Shown one piece after another: positions 49,513 to 59,768 of a DNA stretch of 64,000 nt. The notes beneath the pieces were generated by a model. The model was given only the letters and a program-made list of their open reading frames with translations, was not told the DNA's origin and searched no databases. Numbering within the stretch: position 1 is the stretch's first letter; every line of letters begins with the position of its first letter. This DNA is from Dehalococcoidia bacterium. GTDB taxonomy: Bacteria; Chloroflexota; Dehalococcoidia; UBA2979. The position numbers were made by a program, and so were the translations under genes. The stretch lies in assembly GCA_965219085.1 (NCBI GenBank), contig OZ244720.1, forward strand, positions 2,400,001 to 2,464,000. The letters run 5' to 3'.

Positions 49513-50439
49513 CTAGCCCTGCCCCCTGAACCACCCCACGGTCGCCGCCAACCCCGCCTCGAGGCTCGTCGTCGCCTCCCACCCCCACCGCTGACGTGCG
49601 CGCGAGGGGTCGAGGTAGATGGCCTGGGGGTCGCCGGGGCGCTCCGGGGCGAAGATCGGTTCGTGGCCGTAGCCGGTGAGGCGGGCGAGCTCGCGGAAGA
49701 TCTCGAGGGTCGACGTGCCGCGGCCTGAGCCGACCTCGCATGTCGCGGGCTCGGCGCTGGCGGCGAGGAGCGCCGCGTCGACGATGTCAGCGACGTAGAC
49801 GTAGTCACGCTGCTGGCTGCCGTTGCCGAAGATCGTCGCCTCAATGCCGGCGAGCATGCGGGTCGCGAAGATGGCGACGACGCCCGATTCGCCGGCGGCG
49901 TCCTGGCCGGGGCCGTAGATGTTGCCGGGCCGCAGCACCGACAGCTCGAGGCCGAGGTGGCGGCAGAGCGCGCCCAGCTCGTGCTCCGCGGCGATCTTCG
50001 AGGCGCCGTAGACAGACTGTGGCTCCACCGGCGTGTGCTCGCCCGCGGGCAGCACGTCGGGCTGGCCGAAGAGCGCGCCGCCCGTCGAGAAGAACACGAG
50101 GCGTCTTGCGCCCGCGGCGGCTGCGGCCTGGGCCACGTGCACGCTACCGATCACGTTCGTCTCGATGTCCGCGACCGGGTTGCGCATCGAGACCGGCACC
50201 GAGGCCTGCGCGGCGAGGTGGAAGACCACCTCGGGCTGCGCCCCGGCGACCACGCGGGCGACCGCCTCGGCGTCGCGGATGTCGGCGAGGTGCTCCGTGA
50301 CGCCCTCGGGTGACGGTTGCCGGGGCGGCGTGTTCGACAGGCCGGTGACCGCGCAGCCGTCCGCGGCGAGCCGCGCGGCGAGGTGGCTGCCGACGAAGCC
50401 CGATGAACCCGTGACCACCGCTCGCGCGATGGCGCTCAC
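49513..50439 (-). CDS. NAD-dependent epimerase/dehydratase (UDP-glucose 4-epimerase-like)
   Basis: VTGSSGFVGSHL, HLAAQASV, YGASK, NIYGPGQ, RDYVYV. Confidence 0.9.
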   Translation of the reverse strand: MSAIARAVVTGSSGFVGSHLAARLAADGCAVTGLSNTPPRQPSPEGVTEHLADIRDAEAVARVVAGAQPEVVFHLAAQASVPVSMRNPVADIETNVIGSVHVAQAAAAAGARRLVFFSTGGALFGQPDVLPAGEHTPVEPQSVYGASKIAAEHELGALCRHLGLELSVLRPGNIYGPGQDAAGESGVVAIFATRMLAGIEATIFGNGSQQRDYVYVADIVDAALLAASAEPATCEVGSGRGTSTLEIFRELARLTGYGHEPIFAPERPGDPQAIYLDPSRARQRWGWEATTSLEAGLAATVGWFRGQG

Positions 50440-51767
50440 GCGCGTGACCGGTCCTCGGCGCCCGCCGCGTACGAGCGGTCGAGCAGCTCGATGAGGTGCA
50501 GCACCTCGCCGTCGCGGTGAGCGCGCCGCAGTCCCGTCTCGATCTGCATCGTGCAGCCAGGGTTCGAGGTGACGACGACCGACGCGCCGGTGCTCGCGAT
50601 GTCGGCGAGCTTCGCATCGAGCACCTCCCGCGACATGGCGCGCTGCACGGTGGCGTAGAGCCCGGCCGCGCCGCAGCAGCGGTCGGGTGTCGCCTGCTCG
50701 CGCAGGCTGACCCCCGGGATGGCCTCGAGGATCGTGCGTGGCGCGTCGCGGATGCCCTGCGCGTGCGCCAGGTGGCAGGCGTCCTGCAGCGTCACGTTGG
50801 CCTCGACCTGCCCGAGGCCCCGCTCGAAGTCCTGCGAGGCGACGAACTCGAGCACGTCGCGCACCGTCGACGCGAAGTGTTCGGCGCGCTTGGCCCATGC
50901 CTCGTCGTTGCGGAGCAGTCGGCCGTACTCCTTCATCGCCGCGCCGCAGCCGGCGGCGTTCACGATCACGGCGTCGACCCCGGCGTCCTCGAATGCCGCG
51001 ATGTTGCGGCGCGCGAGGGAGCGTGCAGCCTCGACGTCGCCGGCGTGTGCGTGCAGCGCGCCGCAGCATCCCTGCGCGGGCGGCGCGACGACCTCGCAGC
51101 CGAGCCACGCGAGCACGCGCAGGGTGGCCTCGTGCGTCTGCGGGTAGAGCTCGCCGTGGATGCAGCCGGTGAGGAGCGCGACGCGCGGGCCGTAGCGACG
51201 GTTGACGAGGTGGCCGGAGCGCCGGAACGGCCTGCGGTTGAGAACGGGCGCCTGCGCCTCGAGGGCGGCGAGCGGCTCGGGCAGCAGCCGCGCGAGGGGG
51301 CCTCGCAGCAGGCGTTGCAGACCTGAGCGCGTGTAGAGCCGGCCCAGCGAGAGCGCCGCCCGCAGTACCTTCGGCCGCGCGACGACGTGCCGCAACACAC
51401 GCGCACGCATCGACCACGCGCGCGGGCGTGTCTCGGGGTCAGCCATGATCGAGGCGCGGGCGTCCTCCATGATGCGGCCGTACGGCACCGACGACGGGCA
51501 CGCCGTCTCGCAGGCGCGGCACTGCAGGCACAGGTCGAGGTGCGAGAGCAGCCGCTCGGTCGGCTCGACCTTGCCCTCGACCACGCCGCGGATCAGGTGC
51601 AGCCGTCCGCGCGGCGACTCGAGTTCCTGGCCCGTCGCGATATACGTAGGGCAGGCGGGCAGGCAGAAGCCGCAGTGGATGCAGTTCTGGAGGTCGCTGA
51701 GCGCGGGCGCGTCGGGGCCGACGAACCCCCTCGCGCGCGGCACCTCGGGCGACGCCGCGGCGCTCAC
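50436..51767 (-). CDS. glcF: Glycolate oxidase Fe-S subunit
   Basis: CIHCGFCLPACPTY, CLQCRACETACPS, two CCG domains. Confidence 0.92.
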   Translation of the reverse strand: MSAAASPEVPRARGFVGPDAPALSDLQNCIHCGFCLPACPTYIATGQELESPRGRLHLIRGVVEGKVEPTERLLSHLDLCLQCRACETACPSSVPYGRIMEDARASIMADPETRPRAWSMRARVLRHVVARPKVLRAALSLGRLYTRSGLQRLLRGPLARLLPEPLAALEAQAPVLNRRPFRRSGHLVNRRYGPRVALLTGCIHGELYPQTHEATLRVLAWLGCEVVAPPAQGCCGALHAHAGDVEAARSLARRNIAAFEDAGVDAVIVNAAGCGAAMKEYGRLLRNDEAWAKRAEHFASTVRDVLEFVASQDFERGLGQVEANVTLQDACHLAHAQGIRDAPRTILEAIPGVSLREQATPDRCCGAAGLYATVQRAMSREVLDAKLADIASTGASVVVTSNPGCTMQIETGLRRAHRDGEVLHLIELLDRSYAAGAEDRSRA

Positions 51768-53008
51768 AGCCCCGGCTCCCAGCGCCCCGGACTGAGCGTG
51801 CCCGTCGGGTCGAACTGCCGCTTGAGCGCACCCACGAGGTCGCGTGTGGCGGCGCCGAGCGGGTCGATGACCGCGCGCAGCGCGGGCGGCCCCGACTCGA
51901 CGATGAGGAAGCCGCCCTCGGCCTCGACGTTGCGGCGCAGCACGCGCACCGACATCACGTCGATCGCCGGCGCCTGGACCACCACGCTGCCCGCGGCGAC
52001 GTGTCCCCACGCCGTGGCGCCGAGCCCTCGCGCCGCCTCGATCGTCGCGGCGATGCGCGTGGCGGGGACACCGGCCCGCAGCACGACGCCGTCCCGCGCG
52101 CCTCCGAGGGCGCGCAGCCGCTCCCACGCGCCCGGCGGGGCGTCGTCCAGCCTGCCGCCCGACCCCTCGGCGAGCTCCCTGATACGCAGCGTCGCAGCAT
52201 CGATCGCGGACTCGTAGCCGGCCAGTTCGAGCAGCACGTAGGGGTGCTCGGGCAGGCCGAGTCGCGTCGCGGCCTCGGGTGCGAGGACGGAGAGCGCGCG
52301 CGCCGGCAGCACCGCGTCGCGCAGCTCGGTCGCGAGCCGGGCGGCGTCGCGCACGCTCGCGCGACGCACCACGAACGAGCGGGTGGCGGGTGGGAGCGGG
52401 ACGAGCTTGAACGAGGCGTCGACGATCACACCGAGGGTGCCGAGCGCGCCCGTGTGCAGGCGGTGCAGGTCGTAGCCACTCACGTTCTTGACCACGCGCC
52501 CGCCGGAGCGCACGAGGGAGCCGTCGGCAAGCGCGACCTCCATGCCGATCACGAGGTCGCGCGCCGCCGGCATGTGCCCGCGCCACGCGCCGGGCCGCGC
52601 CGTCGCGAGCAGGCCGCCGATGGTCACGTCGTCGCCGGGCGGGGGGTCGGCGGGCAGGTACTGCCCATGCTCGGCGAGGTGCGTCCGCAACGCCCGCAGC
52701 GTCATCCCCGCCTCGACCTGCACCGTCATATCCGCCGGCTCGTAGTCCACGATGCCGTCCAGCCCGCGCATGTCGAGCGCGATGTCATAACGATCGATGG
52801 GCCGGCCCAGGTCCAGCGCGGTGCGGCTGCCCTGCGGCACGACGGCGAGCCCGGCATCGCTGGCCGAGGCGAGGAGCTTCGCGACCTCCTCGCGCGTGCG
52901 GGGCTGCTGCGCGAGCTGGGGGGCGGCGCCGTCGATGGCGTAGTCGGGGGCCGCGCGTTCGCCCTCGGCGGGCAGCGCCTCGCGCAGGTCGGCGGTCGCG
53001 GAGGTCAT
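51764..53008 (-). CDS. glcE: Glycolate oxidase FAD-binding subunit
   Basis: DYEPADMT, GGRVVKNVSGYDL, FDPTGTLSPGR. Confidence 0.88.
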   Translation of the reverse strand: MTSATADLREALPAEGERAAPDYAIDGAAPQLAQQPRTREEVAKLLASASDAGLAVVPQGSRTALDLGRPIDRYDIALDMRGLDGIVDYEPADMTVQVEAGMTLRALRTHLAEHGQYLPADPPPGDDVTIGGLLATARPGAWRGHMPAARDLVIGMEVALADGSLVRSGGRVVKNVSGYDLHRLHTGALGTLGVIVDASFKLVPLPPATRSFVVRRASVRDAARLATELRDAVLPARALSVLAPEAATRLGLPEHPYVLLELAGYESAIDAATLRIRELAEGSGGRLDDAPPGAWERLRALGGARDGVVLRAGVPATRIAATIEAARGLGATAWGHVAAGSVVVQAPAIDVMSVRVLRRNVEAEGGFLIVESGPPALRAVIDPLGAATRDLVGALKRQFDPTGTLSPGRWEPGL

Positions 53009-53013
53009 GGCGG

Positions 53014-54459
53014 CTAGATGTACACGCCGGGCGCGGCGAGGTGGTGGCGCATCTCGGCGGCGTGCCCGGAGGCGCAGCCGTGCCCGGTCGGCAGCACTTT
53101 GCACGGGTTGAAGAGCTCGTCGGCGCCGAAGGCGAGGCGGAGCCGCCCCATCGCGTCGAGGTCGGCGTCGCTGAAGATCCACTCCATGTAGGAGCGCTTC
53201 TCAAGGCCCACGCCGTGCTCGCCGGTGATCGAGCCGCCGGCCTCGACGCAGACGCGCATGATCTCGCCGCCGAGTTCGAGCACGCGCGCGGTCGCGCCGG
53301 GGTCGAGCTCGTTGAACATGATGTTGGGGTGCAGGTTGCCGTCGCCGGCGTGGAAGATGTTCGCGCAGCGGAACCCGTACTCGTCGGCGAGGGCGTTCAC
53401 CTTCGACATCACCTCGGGCAGCCGCGTGCGCGGCACCACGCCGTCGAGGATGTAGAAGTTCGGCGAGCTCGCGCCGATAGCGCCGATGCCGCCCTTGCGG
53501 CCCTCCCACAGACGCTCGCGCTCCTCCGCCGACTCGGCCACGCGCACCTCGCGCGCCGCGGCGCCCTCGCACGCCGCGACGACACGTTCCGCGTCGGCCG
53601 CGACGGTCTCGGGCAAGCCCTCGACCTCGATGAGCAGTACCGCACCCGCGTCGAGCGGGTAGCCGACGTGCATCTGCGGCTCGACGATCTGGATGATCTC
53701 CTGGTCCAGCATCTCGACCGCGACGGGCACGACGCCCCCGCTGATGATCGCGGAGACCGCCTCCGAGGCCACCTCGACGCTGTCGAAGATGGCGAGCATC
53801 GTGCGCACGTCGTGCGGCAGGGGCGTCAGCGAGACGCAGATCTGCGTGACGATGCCGAGCGTGCCCTCGGAGCCGCAGAAGACGCCGCGCAGGTCGGGCC
53901 CCGGCACGTCCGGCTGGCGGCCCCCGAGCCACGTCGCCGTGCCGTCGGCGAGCACCACCTCGACGCCCAGCACGTGGTTGACGGTGCTGCCGTGGGCGAG
54001 GGTGTGCGGCCCGCCGGCGTTGGTGCCGATGTTGCCGCCGATGGTGCAGATGCGCTGCGACGACGGGTCGGGCGCGTAGCGCAGCCCGTGCGGCTCGCAC
54101 GCCGCCTGCAGGTCGAGGTTTATCACGCCCGGCTCGACGACGGCGATGCGGTTCGCCGCATTCAACTCGACGATGCGCCGCATGCGCGTCATGGCGACGA
54201 CGACGCCGCCCACCACCGGGATCGCGCCCCCGGCGAGCCCCGTCCCGGAGCCGCGCGGCACGACGGGCATGTCGTGCGCGTTCGCGATGCGCACCGCCGC
54301 CGACACGTCGGCGGTTGAGCCGGGGAAGACCACCGCATCGGGCCGCGCGCGGTCGATCGTCGCGTCGTACTCGTACGCGATCAGGTCCTCGGGGAGGTGC
54401 AGCACGTGCATGTCGCCGAGGGCGTCGCGAAGGTCGCGGATCAGCGCTTCGTTCGTCAT
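53014..54459 (-). CDS. glcD: Glycolate oxidase subunit D
   Basis: PRGSGTGLAGG, APDPSSQ, HAGDGNLHP, ITGEHGVG. Confidence 0.92.
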   Translation of the reverse strand: MTNEALIRDLRDALGDMHVLHLPEDLIAYEYDATIDRARPDAVVFPGSTADVSAAVRIANAHDMPVVPRGSGTGLAGGAIPVVGGVVVAMTRMRRIVELNAANRIAVVEPGVINLDLQAACEPHGLRYAPDPSSQRICTIGGNIGTNAGGPHTLAHGSTVNHVLGVEVVLADGTATWLGGRQPDVPGPDLRGVFCGSEGTLGIVTQICVSLTPLPHDVRTMLAIFDSVEVASEAVSAIISGGVVPVAVEMLDQEIIQIVEPQMHVGYPLDAGAVLLIEVEGLPETVAADAERVVAACEGAAAREVRVAESAEERERLWEGRKGGIGAIGASSPNFYILDGVVPRTRLPEVMSKVNALADEYGFRCANIFHAGDGNLHPNIMFNELDPGATARVLELGGEIMRVCVEAGGSITGEHGVGLEKRSYMEWIFSDADLDAMGRLRLAFGADELFNPCKVLPTGHGCASGHAAEMRHHLAAPGVYI

Positions 54460-54504
54460 GGCGTCGAGTGTAGCAGCGGGAGCGGCGGCCGGTTGTGGTG
54501 ACCG

Positions 54505-55476
54505 CTACGCCTCAGCACCCGGCCCGCAGACCTCGCCGGCGGGCGTGACGACGACGTCCGCGTAGTCGCCGGCGCTGAGCGTCGCGCCCGACGCGACGAG
54601 TGCTCGGCGGAGCGTCACACCCTCGAGCGTGGCGCCGTCGCCGACCACGACTTCGTCGAGGTTGCTCGCCTCGATGCGCGCACCCGCGCCAACGAGCGCC
54701 GGGCCGTGCAGCGTCGAGCCGGACAGGACGGCGTCGACGGCAAGCTCGACGTCCCCGATGCGCCGCAGCAGCCGCGATTGCGCGTGCAGCAGGCCTTCGA
54801 GCGTGCCCCCGTCGAGCCACTCGCCGTCGAGGAGCCAGCCGCGCACGTCGCTGCCCTCGGCGAGCATGGCGGAGACCGTCGCAGTCAGGTCGGACTCGCC
54901 TTTCGCGTTGATGAACGGGTTCGTGCGCACCCGTTCGACCGCGGCGGGGGCGAGCGCCCACAGCCCCACCAGCGCGAGGTCGGAGCGCGGGTGCTCCGGC
55001 TTCTCCTCGAGGTCCACGACGCGGTCGCCGTCGAGCACGGCCACGCCGAACGCGCGCGGGTCCTCGACTGCTTGCAAGAGCAGCCCGGCAGCGGCGCCGC
55101 TGGCTTCGAAGCCGTCGAGGAGTCGTGGGTCGACGCCGGTGAGCACCGTGTCGACGGCCAGCACGATGACCGTGCGGCCGTCGAGGGCGTCGCCGACGGC
55201 GGCAACGGCGTCGCCGGGGCCGCGCGGCTCTCGCTGCACGGCGATCGAGACGCGCAGGTCGGGCGGTGCGTGGCTCGCGACGTAACGGCGCGTCTGGTCG
55301 TCGGCGGGGCCGGTGACGACGGCGACCTCGTGCAGGCCGAGGTCGCGCATGAGGTCGAGCGCGTAGGCGACGAGCGGGCGGTTGAGCAGCGGCACGAGCG
55401 GCTTCGGCGTGGCGGGTGTGAGCGGCCGCAGCCGCGTACCGAGCCCCGCCGTCAGCACCACCCCGAGCGGTTCCAT
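54505..55476 (-). CDS. Sugar-phosphate nucleotidyltransferase (glucose-1-phosphate thymidylyltransferase-like)
   Basis: AGLGTRLRPLT..TPKPL, LEEKP, WLDGGT. Confidence 0.85.
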   Translation of the reverse strand: MEPLGVVLTAGLGTRLRPLTPATPKPLVPLLNRPLVAYALDLMRDLGLHEVAVVTGPADDQTRRYVASHAPPDLRVSIAVQREPRGPGDAVAAVGDALDGRTVIVLAVDTVLTGVDPRLLDGFEASGAAAGLLLQAVEDPRAFGVAVLDGDRVVDLEEKPEHPRSDLALVGLWALAPAAVERVRTNPFINAKGESDLTATVSAMLAEGSDVRGWLLDGEWLDGGTLEGLLHAQSRLLRRIGDVELAVDAVLSGSTLHGPALVGAGARIEASNLDEVVVGDGATLEGVTLRRALVASGATLSAGDYADVVVTPAGEVCGPGAEA

Positions 55477-55574
55477 CGAGGCTCCCTCGCGTCGCCGCGA
55501 CAGCATCGCACCGCCCATCCACCGGCGTCGACGCGCGACGGCCGGTCGCTCGCCCCGCTGGTATGCTGGCGACG

Positions 55575-56219
55575 ATGACGAATGTCGCGCAGCAGGTGAC
55601 CTCGGACCTCGAGAACCCGGCGCTCAAGGAGTGGGCGGCGGTCAACCGCGCCCTGCTCGAGGGCCGGCAGGTCATCGACCTGCGCAAGGGCGGCATCCGC
55701 GAGGAGGGCCACCGCTTCCGCATCCGCGCGCTGCGCTTCTGGCTCTACGACAGCTTCGAGCACCAGCGCCCCGAGCTGCTGCTCCCCGCCGCCTCGGACC
55801 TCCTCGACGCGGCCGTGGCCGCCTCGCCGCCGGCGGGCTCGCTGCGGTTCGACGGGTGGGCGGAGATCGTCGAGAGCGCCGCGCTGACCGAACCCGAGCA
55901 GGTCGAGGCGCTCGAGGGGCTGCATGTCTGGACGCCGGACTACGCGGTACAGCGTTTCCGCTGGCGTCCGAAGGCGCCGCTGCTCGTCCTCGTGCTGCGC
56001 GTGCACCGCCTGCACGACACGATCGAGGCACCCGTCCGCAAGGAGTACGCGAGCTGCACCTCGTGGGTGCCGATGCTCGACCTGCCGCGCGACCCGAGCA
56101 CGATCGCGTCCACGCCCGTGCTCGGTGACGAGGCGTTTGCGAGCCGCGTCGAGGCGCTACACGCGGCGCTCCCGAGTGTCGCGTTCGCGCCCCCGGCGGT
56201 CGCGGTCGAGGCTGGCTGA
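55575..56219 (+). CDS. DUF1802-family protein
   Basis: ALKEWA, LRKGGIRE, EHQ, CTSWV. Confidence 0.85.
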   Translation: MTNVAQQVTSDLENPALKEWAAVNRALLEGRQVIDLRKGGIREEGHRFRIRALRFWLYDSFEHQRPELLLPAASDLLDAAVAASPPAGSLRFDGWAEIVESAALTEPEQVEALEGLHVWTPDYAVQRFRWRPKAPLLVLVLRVHRLHDTIEAPVRKEYASCTSWVPMLDLPRDPSTIASTPVLGDEAFASRVEALHAALPSVAFAPPAVAVEAG

Positions 56220-56224
56220 GGCCG

Positions 56225-56644
56225 GTGACGGCCGACCCGGACGAGGCGGTCCTCGCGGCCAACGAGGCCTTCTATCGGGCCTTCGCCGAGCGCGACGTGA
56301 CGGCCATGCATGAGCTGTGGGCGAAGGACGCCCCGCTCGCCTGCACCCACCCCGGCTGGCCGGTGTTGCTCGGCCGCGACGAGGTACTCACGAGTTGGCG
56401 CGGCATCCTCGAGAACCCGGCCGCGCCCAACATCCGCGTCGGCGACGCCGTGGTGCACCGCCTGGGCGACACGGCGCTCGTGTTCGTCAGCGAGGTCGTC
56501 GACGGCACCCCGCTCGCGGCGACCAACGTGTTCGTGCTGGAGGACGGCGCGTGGCGTATGACCCACCACCACGCGGGCCCGGTGACCCTGCTGCGCACCC
56601 GCTTCGCCGGCAGCGTCGACCCGATGCCCGGCCGCCAGAACTAG
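56225..56644 (+). CDS. SnoaL/NTF2-like protein
   Basis: ANEAFYRAF, CTHPGW, ATNVF, WRMTHHHA. Confidence 0.85.
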   Translation: MTADPDEAVLAANEAFYRAFAERDVTAMHELWAKDAPLACTHPGWPVLLGRDEVLTSWRGILENPAAPNIRVGDAVVHRLGDTALVFVSEVVDGTPLAATNVFVLEDGAWRMTHHHAGPVTLLRTRFAGSVDPMPGRQN

Positions 56645-56666
56645 CGAGTCGTCCCGACGCTTGTCG

Positions 56667-57182
56667 CTAGCCGATCGGCTGGGCGAGGTCTGTGATGACC
56701 TCGGCGTTGGGGAGGCGCGCCAGCGCCTGCGGCGACACCTGCAGCTTCGTCGAGCGGTCGCCGCCCCCGACGATGACCGATTCGAGCTCCATCACGCGCT
56801 CGTCGATGTAGAGCGGGAGGCCGTCGGGGAGGCCGAACGGTGTGACACCGCCGATGAGCATGCCGGTCAGCTCCGCCGTCTCCTCGGCCGATGCGAACGA
56901 CGCCTTGCGCGTTTCCAGCAGTGGCCGCACGGCGTGGTTGACGTCGAGCCGTGTGTTCGCGAGCACCACGCACGCGCAGAACCGCCGCTCGCCGCGCTTC
57001 GTGACGACGACGATGGTGTTGCCGGAAACCTCGAGCGGGTAGCCGTAGTGCTCGGAGAAGGCAGCGGTGTCGGCGAGGTCGGGGTCCACCTCGATCACCT
57101 CGTACGGCTCGCCGGCGGCGTCGAGGGCGGCACGGGCGCGTGCGCCGGGGTCGGCAGACGTGAGGGAGGCGGCGTCGCTCAT
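56667..57182 (-). CDS. YbaK/EbsC aminoacyl-tRNA editing-domain protein
   Basis: KASFA, TGMLIGGVTPFGLP, GGGDRSTK. Confidence 0.88.
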   Translation of the reverse strand: MSDAASLTSADPGARARAALDAAGEPYEVIEVDPDLADTAAFSEHYGYPLEVSGNTIVVVTKRGERRFCACVVLANTRLDVNHAVRPLLETRKASFASAEETAELTGMLIGGVTPFGLPDGLPLYIDERVMELESVIVGGGDRSTKLQVSPQALARLPNAEVITDLAQPIG

Positions 57183-57328
57183 CCGGTGTAGTCCCTGTGC
57201 GGGAACTCGGTGTCGTGCCGCTCCTGGCAGTCGTGGCACACGGGGTGGGCGCAGCGCATGCACGCGCCGGGTGTCATCGTCCGGCAGTGGTAGCAGCGGT
57301 CCTCGCGTGGGGTGTCTCGGTACGGCAC
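57179..57328 (-). CDS. Small B-box-like zinc-finger protein (about 49 aa)
   Basis: CYHC-x7-CMRC-x4-CHDC-x3-H; its TGA overlaps the ybaK ATG (ATGA); TATCGT 7 nt before the GTG. Confidence 0.65.
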   Translation of the reverse strand: MPYRDTPREDRCYHCRTMTPGACMRCAHPVCHDCQERHDTEFPHRDYTG

Positions 57329-57445
57329 GCGCGTCACGATAGCAGAGCGCCCTCGCGCCACTCCAACACTCGATGCCGACCACCGGTCCCCACTCGATAC
57401 AGGGCGCGAGCGCGGATAAGATGTGCGGCGAGAGGAGGCGCCTCG

Positions 57446-57682
57446 ATGGTCATTCACGCAGGCAAGGCCGATTACCGCTCCGCATTCGGGGGTCTCGAGT
57501 TCCCCGCGTCGAAGATCGAGGTCGTTCGCCGCTCACGCATGCACGGTGGCATCGACCGCGAGGTCTTCGCAGTGCTCGACTCGATCCCGAACCGCTCGTA
57601 CCGCGGCATGGAGGAGCTCGAGGACGCCGTGCGCTCGGTCTACGTCGCCCGCGGCGAGTCGCCCGAGGAACTCCCTGTCTAG
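57446..57682 (+). CDS. DUF2795-like small protein
   Basis: GLEFPASK, LDSIPNRSY; GAGGAGG RBS. Confidence 0.7.
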   Translation: MVIHAGKADYRSAFGGLEFPASKIEVVRRSRMHGGIDREVFAVLDSIPNRSYRGMEELEDAVRSVYVARGESPEELPV

Positions 57683-57709
57683 CGCCGTCTCCGGCCGGCG
57701 GGTCGTCCC

Positions 57710-58105
57710 GTGAGTGAGCAAGCGCCACGCGACATCGGCGCCGTGATCGGCGTCATCCTCGGCGTCGACCCCGAGCGCTTCGACGCGATCCGCAGCTTCT
57801 ACGTCGAGACGCTCGGTCTGCCGCCTCGCACCGACCGGCCGGGCCACGTCAACTTCCAGTGGGGCGACATCCGCCTCACCATCAGCGCCCACAGCGAGGT
57901 GCACGGTCTCAGCGACGAGTCGCGTCGCACGATGCTCAACCTCGCCGTCGACGACATCGAGGCAGTCGCGTCGCGGCTCCGCGCCGCCGGGGTGACGTTC
58001 ATCCGCGAGCCGAGCGCCGAACCGTGGGGTGGCAGCATCGCAACGTTCGAGGATCCCGACGGCAACACGCTGCAACTCATGCAGCGCCCGCCCGGCATGG
58101 GGTAG
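57710..58105 (+). CDS. VOC/glyoxalase-family protein
   Basis: FYVETLGL, LAVDDIE, PWGG..ATFEDPDGN. Confidence 0.88.
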   Translation: MSEQAPRDIGAVIGVILGVDPERFDAIRSFYVETLGLPPRTDRPGHVNFQWGDIRLTISAHSEVHGLSDESRRTMLNLAVDDIEAVASRLRAAGVTFIREPSAEPWGGSIATFEDPDGNTLQLMQRPPGMG

Positions 58106-58131
58106 CACCCACCTTCGCAGTCCTTCGGCAC

Positions 58132-59034
58132 TCAGCGCACGAGGGTGATCAGCACCGTCAGGGTCAGCACGCTGATCAGCGTCGAGGTGACCACCGAGCG
58201 CGTCACGAACTGCGGTCGCGCCGCGAACTCCGTCGCGAGGATCGTCGCGAACACCGCGGTCGGCATCCCGCCCAGCACGATCAGGACGCGCTGTGTCAGT
58301 CCGTCGATGCCGAGCAGGTATGTCGCTCCGAGGGCGAGCGCCGGGCCGGCCGCGAGGCGGAGTGCCATCGCCGCGCCGGTGTCGACGAGGTCGCCTCGCC
58401 CGCCGAGGCCGCGCCCCAGCTGTAGCCCGAGCACGACGAGCATCACGGGCACCGCCGCCCCCGCGAGCGACTCGATCGGCGCGGCAAGGGTGACGGGCAA
58501 CTCGGTGTCGAAGCGGCTGACCGCGAGGCCCGCGGCCGCGGCGTACAGCACGGGGTAGCGGAACGGCGCGGTCAGCGCGTCGCGCGCGGACCCCCCGGCC
58601 ATAGAGGCCACCACGACACTGGCCGAGGCGGCGAGGGTGGCGACGCTGATGAAGTGCACCACGGCCACCTCGAGCCCGACGTCGCCGAAGGCGAGCAGTG
58701 TGACCGGCAGGCCCATGTTCCCGGCGTTGACCGAGGTCACCGAGAGCGCGAGGCCCGCTCGCAGCGATGGGTCGTGCCTGCGCGCGACGGACCAGGCGAC
58801 CGAGAGCGCGTAGCCCGCGAGGAACGCGATGATCGCGACGCCGACGATGCGGACCGAGAGCGCGGCCGGCAGCTCCGTGCCCGAGAGCGAGTGGAAGACG
58901 AGCGCGGGCGTGAACAGGAAGAAGACGATCGTGGAGATCGGCTCCACGGGGATGGGGCGGTAACGGTCGAGCGCCGCGGCTGCGACCGCCACCAGCACCA
59001 CTGGGAGGATCACGTCGAGGAATACTTCGACCAT
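58132..59034 (-). CDS. AEC (auxin efflux carrier) family transporter
   Basis: [23 protein letters not shown]. Confidence 0.88.
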   Translation of the reverse strand: MVEVFLDVILPVVLVAVAAAALDRYRPIPVEPISTIVFFLFTPALVFHSLSGTELPAALSVRIVGVAIIAFLAGYALSVAWSVARRHDPSLRAGLALSVTSVNAGNMGLPVTLLAFGDVGLEVAVVHFISVATLAASASVVVASMAGGSARDALTAPFRYPVLYAAAAGLAVSRFDTELPVTLAAPIESLAGAAVPVMLVVLGLQLGRGLGGRGDLVDTGAAMALRLAAGPALALGATYLLGIDGLTQRVLIVLGGMPTAVFATILATEFAARPQFVTRSVVTSTLISVLTLTVLITLVR

Positions 59035-59153
59035 CGTGCCGAGCGTCAACGCCTCGGGCGCTTCGGGCAAGCGGAGGGCGCGAGCGTGCGCCGGGTGGGT
59101 GCTATGGTGGCGTCCGAGGCGAGCGCGAACCCACTCTGGGGAAGGGGCCGACG

Positions 59154-59351
59154 ATGGAAGTCAGCGTGCGCGACAACGGGCCGTACGTGATCCGCGGCGA
59201 GGATGTGAAGATCCTCGACGCCGAGGGCAACGAGTTGCCGTGGGAGGGTCGCGGCGTTGCGCTGTGCCGCTGTGGCCAGTCCAGCACGAAGCCGTTCTGC
59301 GACGGCACACACAGCCAGGTCGGCTTCGAGAGCACCCCGCGACCCTCGTAG
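59154..59351 (+). CDS. CDGSH-type (NEET) 2Fe-2S protein
   Basis: [22 protein letters not shown]. Confidence 0.92.
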   Translation: MEVSVRDNGPYVIRGEDVKILDAEGNELPWEGRGVALCRCGQSSTKPFCDGTHSQVGFESTPRPS

Positions 59352-59375
59352 CGTTCGAGGGGCGGTGACCTCCCG

Positions 59376-59759
59376 GTGACCGACGACAGCGGGCCGATCG
59401 AGACGATCAGCGCCGTCACGCTCGCCGTGACCGACATGGCGCGTTCGTTCGCGTTCTACGAGTCGCTGGGCTTCCGCCTGCGCTACGGCGGCCCGGACGC
59501 CACGTTCACGAGCTTCGAGCTGCACGACGGCTACGTGAACCTCGGCGCCCGCGACGAGCCGGTCGAGAGCGGGTGGGGCCGCATCGTCCTCTACGTCGAC
59601 GATGTCGACGCCGTGTACGCGCGCGCCACGGAGTTGGGGTACGAGCCGGAGGCCGCGCCTCGCGATGCGCCGTGGGGCGAGCGGTTCTTCCACCTCCACG
59701 ACCCGGACGGCCACGAACTGAGCTTCGCGCGGCTGCTGGCCGCGGCGGACGAGGAGTAG
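59376..59759 (+). CDS. VOC/glyoxalase-family protein
   Basis: VTLAVTDM, FYESLGF, PWGERFFHLHDPDGHELS. Confidence 0.9.
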   Translation: MTDDSGPIETISAVTLAVTDMARSFAFYESLGFRLRYGGPDATFTSFELHDGYVNLGARDEPVESGWGRIVLYVDDVDAVYARATELGYEPEAAPRDAPWGERFFHLHDPDGHELSFARLLAAADEE

Positions 59760-59768
59760 CGAGCGGCG

